A DNA stretch of 64,000 nucleotides, from NCBI GenBank assembly GCA_902762295.1, contig CACWNX010000001.1:532094-596093 (forward strand), read 5' to 3'. This document shows positions 58,844 to 64,000 of this stretch, one piece after another. The notes below the pieces were generated by a model. That model searched no databases, had not been told where the DNA came from, and worked only from the letters and a program-made list of their open reading frames with translations. The DNA comes from an uncultured Pseudomonadota bacterium (GTDB lineage: Bacteria > Pseudomonadota > Alphaproteobacteria > Rs-D84). The translations under genes were made by a program, and so were the position numbers. The first letter of the stretch is position 1, and each line of letters starts with the position of its first letter.

Positions 58844-61123
58844 TTAAAACTGGGTTTCAAACGACAGCAAGAATCGCCGTTCGCGGTCGTATTTTTTTGA
58901 CAATATCGGCCAACCCCAACTGAAATTCATTGGTCCCATTGGTGTGTTCCAGAAAATACCAAAACCAACGGATGCACGTAAACTCTGGTCTATATAATTG
59001 TCTTTGATTTCACCGGTTCGTGGATCTTTGTATGTGTCTTCGCGTGCGGGTGGTTTGCCCAATATTCCATAATCTGCAAATACAAATCCTTTTACCTGGT
59101 ATTCATCGGGAATAAAGATTGGAAAATTTAACTGTGTTGAACCGTTCACCTTCCACATGCCACCAAGCGAATAGGAATTATAGTACCAATTACGACTGCC
59201 TACACCGGCAATATCAAAACCGCGTAATGATTCACCGCCCAAGAAATACCGGTAAACACGCGGAACATAATCGTCACCGATTGACTGAATATACCCAAAG
59301 TCTAATGAAGTTTTTAATTGCCAACGGTCATCCAGGAAATTTACCATTGCGGTTGCATCGGCACTGTATCGCATAAATGTTTCGGTGCCACCAAACCCAG
59401 TGTATGCAATACCAATGTTTCCAACAACACCGGTATGGGTATGCTGTTCAAAATTCGTATCCAGGTTATAATACTTTAAATATGTCCCCAGAGTATACAG
59501 ACGCGCGCTTTGCCAGCCACCAATTTGTAAATCATAGTTTTGGTCAAATGATGCAGACAGACGCAAAACCTGACTCCAGTGGTCGGTTAACTGCCAACCC
59601 AAACGCCCGGCAATCGTTAATGAATCGCGGTCATACCCAAAGCCCCCTAATCGTTTATAGTTATACATTGTATACGACACATCAAAACCCGCAGATAACG
59701 CACGGCCGAACAAGAATGGTTCGGTAAAACTGAATAATGCCTGTTTTTGATATTGTGCAATTGAACCGCGAAGTTGCACCGTCTGTCCCCGACCCATAAA
59801 GTTGTTTTCGGTAATTCCGGCATCTAGCATAAACCCATTTATGTTTGACCAACCAACCCCACCAGATAATTCACCGGTCGGTTGTTCTTCAACCTTGATA
59901 TCAAGATTCATCATGTTTGCATCGGGAATACGACTTGGCACCATTTGCACATCTTTAAAATAACGCGTACGCATCAGACGTTGCCGACCCTGTTCAATGG
60001 TCTGCAATGAAAACGGGTCGCCGGCACGCATCGGAATCAAATTATTTATTACCGAATCAAATGTCCGCACATTCCCCAGGATGTTAATTGAATTTAAATA
60101 AATACGATTTGTCTTTTGAATTTTAAAATTTAAATCTATGGTTCGCGAATCGTCGTTTTTTGTTGGTATCGGTTCAACATTTACAAATGCATATCCATAA
60201 TCGGCAACCGCACCGCGCAATGCAGAAATCGTAGATTCTACTTCGTCCACATTATATGTGTCACCACTTGATGTTTTCAGCGCATTATACAGTACATCAT
60301 CTGGAACATCGGAAAACGGATTGTCAATTTCAATTTTTCCGATATTATATTTTTCGCCCTCGTCAACGGTAAATTCTACCGAATAATACTCGCGATCGGG
60401 TGTAAATGTACCGCGGGCATTTTTTACCTGGAAATCAACATAGCCGTTGCGCAAATAAAACTGGCGCAGCATTTGTTGGTCATATAATATGCGGTCTTCG
60501 TCATAGACATCAAATTGGGTCATAATGCGCCACCACGCGTGTTCACGTGATAAAATTTCACCACGCAGTGTGCGATTACTGAATCGTTCGTTGCCGTTGA
60601 ATGTGATAGATTTTATATATGTCGGATGTCCTTCGGTAATTTCATAGACGACATTTACACGATTATCATCTAATACAATTTTCTTTGGTTCTATTTTTGT
60701 ACCAAAGAATCCTTTGCGCTGGTACACTGTCAACATGCGGCCAACATCTGCGCCAATGACCGATTCATCAAATGCGGCGCGTTCTTTTAATTTAATTTCT
60801 TGTTTTAAATCATCGGTTGAAACTTCATCATTACCTTCAACCGTAACCATATTTACAATTGGTGCTTCGGTAATATTTATTTTCAATATATTCCCAGACA
60901 TTTGAACCGAAACACGTGAAAAATAACCGCTTTCCTGTAATTGCTTTGCAATTGTGTTTGTGCGTTCGGTGTCAACATTATCGCCAACACGGACCCCACC
61001 CAGTATACGGACGGATTCTGCATCCATACGTTGATTTCCAACAACATCTATACGCGATACGGTTGCGGCATTTGCGCCAAACGCAAACAACAGAGCAATA
61101 AAACATAATAATTTTTTCATCAT
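58844..61123 (-). CDS. bamA: Outer membrane protein assembly factor BamA.
   Basis: Signal peptide, POTRA repeats, C-terminal beta-barrel ending ...RFLLSFETQF. 759 aa. Directly downstream of rseP. Confidence 0.9.
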   Translation of the reverse strand: MMKKLLCFIALLFAFGANAATVSRIDVVGNQRMDAESVRILGGVRVGDNVDTERTNTIAKQLQESGYFSRVSVQMSGNILKINITEAPIVNMVTVEGNDEVSTDDLKQEIKLKERAAFDESVIGADVGRMLTVYQRKGFFGTKIEPKKIVLDDNRVNVVYEITEGHPTYIKSITFNGNERFSNRTLRGEILSREHAWWRIMTQFDVYDEDRILYDQQMLRQFYLRNGYVDFQVKNARGTFTPDREYYSVEFTVDEGEKYNIGKIEIDNPFSDVPDDVLYNALKTSSGDTYNVDEVESTISALRGAVADYGYAFVNVEPIPTKNDDSRTIDLNFKIQKTNRIYLNSINILGNVRTFDSVINNLIPMRAGDPFSLQTIEQGRQRLMRTRYFKDVQMVPSRIPDANMMNLDIKVEEQPTGELSGGVGWSNINGFMLDAGITENNFMGRGQTVQLRGSIAQYQKQALFSFTEPFLFGRALSAGFDVSYTMYNYKRLGGFGYDRDSLTIAGRLGWQLTDHWSQVLRLSASFDQNYDLQIGGWQSARLYTLGTYLKYYNLDTNFEQHTHTGVVGNIGIAYTGFGGTETFMRYSADATAMVNFLDDRWQLKTSLDFGYIQSIGDDYVPRVYRYFLGGESLRGFDIAGVGSRNWYYNSYSLGGMWKVNGSTQLNFPIFIPDEYQVKGFVFADYGILGKPPAREDTYKDPRTGEIKDNYIDQSLRASVGFGIFWNTPMGPMNFSWGWPILSKKYDRERRFLLSFETQF

Positions 61124-62175
61124 AACTTAAACACCCGTGCTAAATCGTTCCACATTGTCAAGGCGAATACAAATGCCAAAAATATCCACCCACAAACAAT
61201 TACAATATCCATCCCGCGACCACCAAGTTTTTTCCCGGTTACCCCCTCTATTAACAAAATCAGCAAATATCCACCATCCAGCACCGGCAATGGCAACAGG
61301 TTTATCACCCCAAGGTTCACCGACAATAGCGCAATAATAGCCAGCAACGCAAAAAATCCATTTGCCAATGCCTGACCCGAAACTTCGGCAATGGTAATAA
61401 ATGACCCAAGTTGCTTTGCCGAACGGTCACCCGTCACAATCTGTTTTAACACCGTCAACAATGTTTTAGATTGGTAATATGTTTCGCGTGCACCCGAATA
61501 AATTGCGCCAAAAAATCCTGACTTCCTAAGTTCGGTTTTTGCGCCATCTGCAACCAACCCCCAACGGGCACTGGGTGCTAATTTCACCGATATCAATTCT
61601 TTACCACGGGCAACCAAAACATCTGCATCGTGTGTGCCGGCTAATTCCTTAGCAATAATCAATTCACCCCAATTAGTAATTTTTTCATCGTCAATTTGGA
61701 CAATTATGTCCCCAGGTTTAATTCCTGCGTTGAATGCGACACTTTCCTGGATAACCTGACCGATAACCGGCAACTGAACTGTGCGCGGTTTAAACATAAA
61801 TATCCCAGAATATATTGCCCATGCCAACATAAAATTCATAAACACACCGGCGGCAATAATAATAAATTGCTTCCATGCAGGTACCGATAAATAATGCCCA
61901 ACCTTTTTATCATCGGGTAAATCTTGATATTTTTTACGATTGAACATATCTTCTTGGCCATATATGGAAACATATCCCCCAAGTGGCAGGCATGCAATTT
62001 TCCATACCGTTCCGCGTTTGTCGTGCCACTTGACAATCGCCGGACCAAATCCGATTGAAAATGCATCAACACGAACACCGGCCCAGCGCGCCGCCAAAAA
62101 ATGCCCCAATTCATGTATAAAAACCACAACACCCAATACAATCAACAGTGCAATAATGGTTGTTATCGTATGCAT
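61120..62175 (-). CDS. rseP: Regulator of sigma-E protease RseP (site-2 protease).
   Basis: HELGHFLAAR zinc-protease motif, PDZ region, LDGG motif. Confidence 0.85.
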   Translation of the reverse strand: MHTITTIIALLIVLGVVVFIHELGHFLAARWAGVRVDAFSIGFGPAIVKWHDKRGTVWKIACLPLGGYVSIYGQEDMFNRKKYQDLPDDKKVGHYLSVPAWKQFIIIAAGVFMNFMLAWAIYSGIFMFKPRTVQLPVIGQVIQESVAFNAGIKPGDIIVQIDDEKITNWGELIIAKELAGTHDADVLVARGKELISVKLAPSARWGLVADGAKTELRKSGFFGAIYSGARETYYQSKTLLTVLKQIVTGDRSAKQLGSFITIAEVSGQALANGFFALLAIIALLSVNLGVINLLPLPVLDGGYLLILLIEGVTGKKLGGRGMDIVIVCGWIFLAFVFALTMWNDLARVFKL

Positions 62176-62193
62176 TTTTCCATCCTTTCTTTG

Positions 62194-62844
62194 CTATGCT
62201 AAAACCATCCATACTATCGGCAATACATAAATCCATCCGTCAAACCGATCAATTATACCACCATGTTTGCCAAGAATATTGCTAAAATCTTTTATTTTCA
62301 ATTTGCGCTTTACAAAACTGGCGGTTAAATCACCGTATTGCGACAGTAATGCAATGCTGATACCAATCCAGAGTAATTGCGGTACAAAGTGCCCCATTGT
62401 TATATGACCATATGCAATCGCGGCAATTGTTCCACCAATAATACCAAAAATCTGCCCCGCCCATGTTTTATGTTCAGAAATCTTTTCCCACATTTTATCG
62501 CCACTAATCATTCGGCCAAAACCCCATGCACAAATATCAGCGGCACATACAATAACCAGTATCATCAAAATCATCATTGGCCTGTGTCCAATTTTCATTA
62601 ACGATATGAAATCCAGCCCAAGCAATAGCAAGAAACCCAAAAAAATTGCAAGGTTTTTTCCACTGAACATCACATCACGCGTTGCGTGCCACAGGCATGA
62701 TAAAAATTCTAAAATCATTCCGGCACCAACAACCATGCATAAATAATAAATTCCCGGCACACCAATGCGTTCCATTAACCATGCAACAACCGCGATGACA
62801 ATCAAACCGAACGCTACTAAAACTCTGTTCATTGTTTCCGACAT
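62194..62844 (-). CDS. cdsA: Phosphatidate cytidylyltransferase.
   Basis: Multi-TM protein with the CdsA C-terminal signature (SxxKRxxxxKDxxxxLxGHGGxxDRFD). Confidence 0.8.
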   Translation of the reverse strand: MSETMNRVLVAFGLIVIAVVAWLMERIGVPGIYYLCMVVGAGMILEFLSCLWHATRDVMFSGKNLAIFLGFLLLLGLDFISLMKIGHRPMMILMILVIVCAADICAWGFGRMISGDKMWEKISEHKTWAGQIFGIIGGTIAAIAYGHITMGHFVPQLLWIGISIALLSQYGDLTASFVKRKLKIKDFSNILGKHGGIIDRFDGWIYVLPIVWMVLA

Positions 62845-62853
62845 TTTTTGTTC

Positions 62854-63612
62854 CTATTTTTTCTTGCCTGAATAATTTGCTTTTTTTCCGCCACCAAACC
62901 GGCGATTGCGATGGGCATATTCATCCAGAACAAATTGCCACAGTTTTTCAGATTTTACCAATTCTGGCCAATGTTCTGGAATAAACAATAATTCCGCATA
63001 TGCCAATTTCCACAACAAGAAATTAGAAATTCTGAATTCATTGCTTGTTCTGACCATTAAATCAATAGGTAATAAATCCCCTGTATCAAGAAATGTTTCA
63101 AATGTTTCACGTGTGACCGGCGCACCCGCGGCAATGGCGGCATTTGTTGCGTTTATAATCTCGTCTTGACCACCATAGTTTAATGCAAATACGACCGTTC
63201 CGCCGGTGTTTTCTGCGGATTCAGATTCCAATTTATCGCATAAATCGGCAAGTTTTTTTGGCAATCGTTCACGTGTGCCAATTACGCGATAACGCAAATT
63301 CTTTTCAATCGCGTGTTTCAAATTTTTAGTTAATTCTTGGTAAAATAAATCCATCAAGAAATTAACCTCTTCATCCGAACGATTCCAATTTTCGGTTGAA
63401 AAGATAAAGAACGTGACCGTTGTCACACCGCGCGCAATGAACCAGTCCACCAGGTTTTCAAAATTAGATATTCCGGCCTTGTGTCCCATTAACGGTGGCA
63501 GACCGCGTGCCTCGGCCCAACGACGATTACCATCACAAATGAATGCCACATGTTGCGGAATTTTTTTTGGTGTTGCACCTTCTTTGACCTTTTTGGAAAA
63601 CAATTTGAACAT
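62854..63612 (-). CDS. uppS: Undecaprenyl diphosphate synthase.
   Basis: HVAFICDGNRRWA and the conserved C-terminus. Start placed at MFKLFSKK by alignment to the family N-terminus. The track ORF extends to 63651. Confidence 0.8.
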   Translation of the reverse strand: MFKLFSKKVKEGATPKKIPQHVAFICDGNRRWAEARGLPPLMGHKAGISNFENLVDWFIARGVTTVTFFIFSTENWNRSDEEVNFLMDLFYQELTKNLKHAIEKNLRYRVIGTRERLPKKLADLCDKLESESAENTGGTVVFALNYGGQDEIINATNAAIAAGAPVTRETFETFLDTGDLLPIDLMVRTSNEFRISNFLLWKLAYAELLFIPEHWPELVKSEKLWQFVLDEYAHRNRRFGGGKKANYSGKKK

Positions 63613-63654
63613 TTTTAATCCAGTATTTTGTGTTAAACGAACATAAGCCAATTA

Positions 63655-64000
63655 TTAAACAGACATAATATCAGATTCTTTCTGTTTCGCGATTGAATCA
63701 ACCTCGGCACTGCGTGCATCAAAGACCTTTTGCAAATCGGTTTCATACTTGCGTTGATCGTCTTCAGAAATTTCTTTGTCGGTGACGGCGCGTTTAATTT
63801 TGCCCATTGCATCTTGGCGAATATTGCGCATAGAAATCTTGGCTTCTTCGGCGTATTTGCCGGCGACCTTGGTTAATTCTTTACGCCGTTCTTCGGTTAA
63901 TGGCGGCATGTTCAGGCGGATAACACCACCGGCACTCATTGGGTTTAAACCCAATCCAGAATCACGAATCGCCTTTTCAACGGCACCGACATTTGAAATA
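63655..64000 (-). CDS. frr: Ribosome recycling factor, C-terminal part. The gene continues beyond the window end.
   Basis: [36 protein letters not shown]... matches the Frr C-terminal half. The frame stays open to base 64000. Confidence 0.85.
   Translation of the reverse strand, partial: ISNVGAVEKAIRDSGLGLNPMSAGGVIRLNMPPLTEERRKELTKVAGKYAEEAKISMRNIRQDAMGKIKRAVTDKEISEDDQRKYETDLQKVFDARSAEVDSIAKQKESDIMSV

Overview
Low-GC (~38-40%) bacterial chromosome segment. Gene content and order point to an alphaproteobacterium, possibly host-associated: ZapA with a ZauP-like partner, the rseP-cdsA-uppS-frr block next to bamA, LpxI, ParC of ~740 aa, HTH-less BirA, a lone virB11. The window divides into four parts. 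(1) Bases 1-15.9 kb form an accessory island that ends at a tRNA-Leu. It carries a partial large serine recombinase at the window edge, an IetAS-like AAA-ATPase/S8-subtilase defence pair, a Hin/resolvase-type serine recombinase, a YadA-like trimeric autotransporter adhesin with tandem repeats, a small HUH rolling-circle Rep-like protein, a C5 cytosine methyltransferase with an unknown partner, and a GC-rich repeat-rich non-coding block. Four copies of a 26-bp imperfect palindrome (one inverted) split this island into cassettes. (2) 16-41 kb is core housekeeping: rpmG, parC, zapA, radC, map, holA, lptE, gap, miaA, priA, lpxI-like, rumA-like. It also holds a class III anaerobic RNR locus with tandem NrdR boxes, where the NrdD glycyl-radical domain is a separate small ORF, plus tRNA-Ser and a lone virB11. 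(3) 44-56 kb is a compact podovirus (T7)-like structural module (scaffold, capsid, gp11/gp12 tail tube, terminase, portal). Its large-terminase gene is split into ATPase and nuclease ORFs by a 3.3-kb antisense insert encoding a DnaB-like helicase and a tandem-HTH repressor. (4) 56-64 kb holds YraN, three co-oriented envelope proteins (possible VirB8/VirB9-like), then bamA-rseP-cdsA-uppS-frr. All calls rest on motif-level reading of the translations; no database search was possible.
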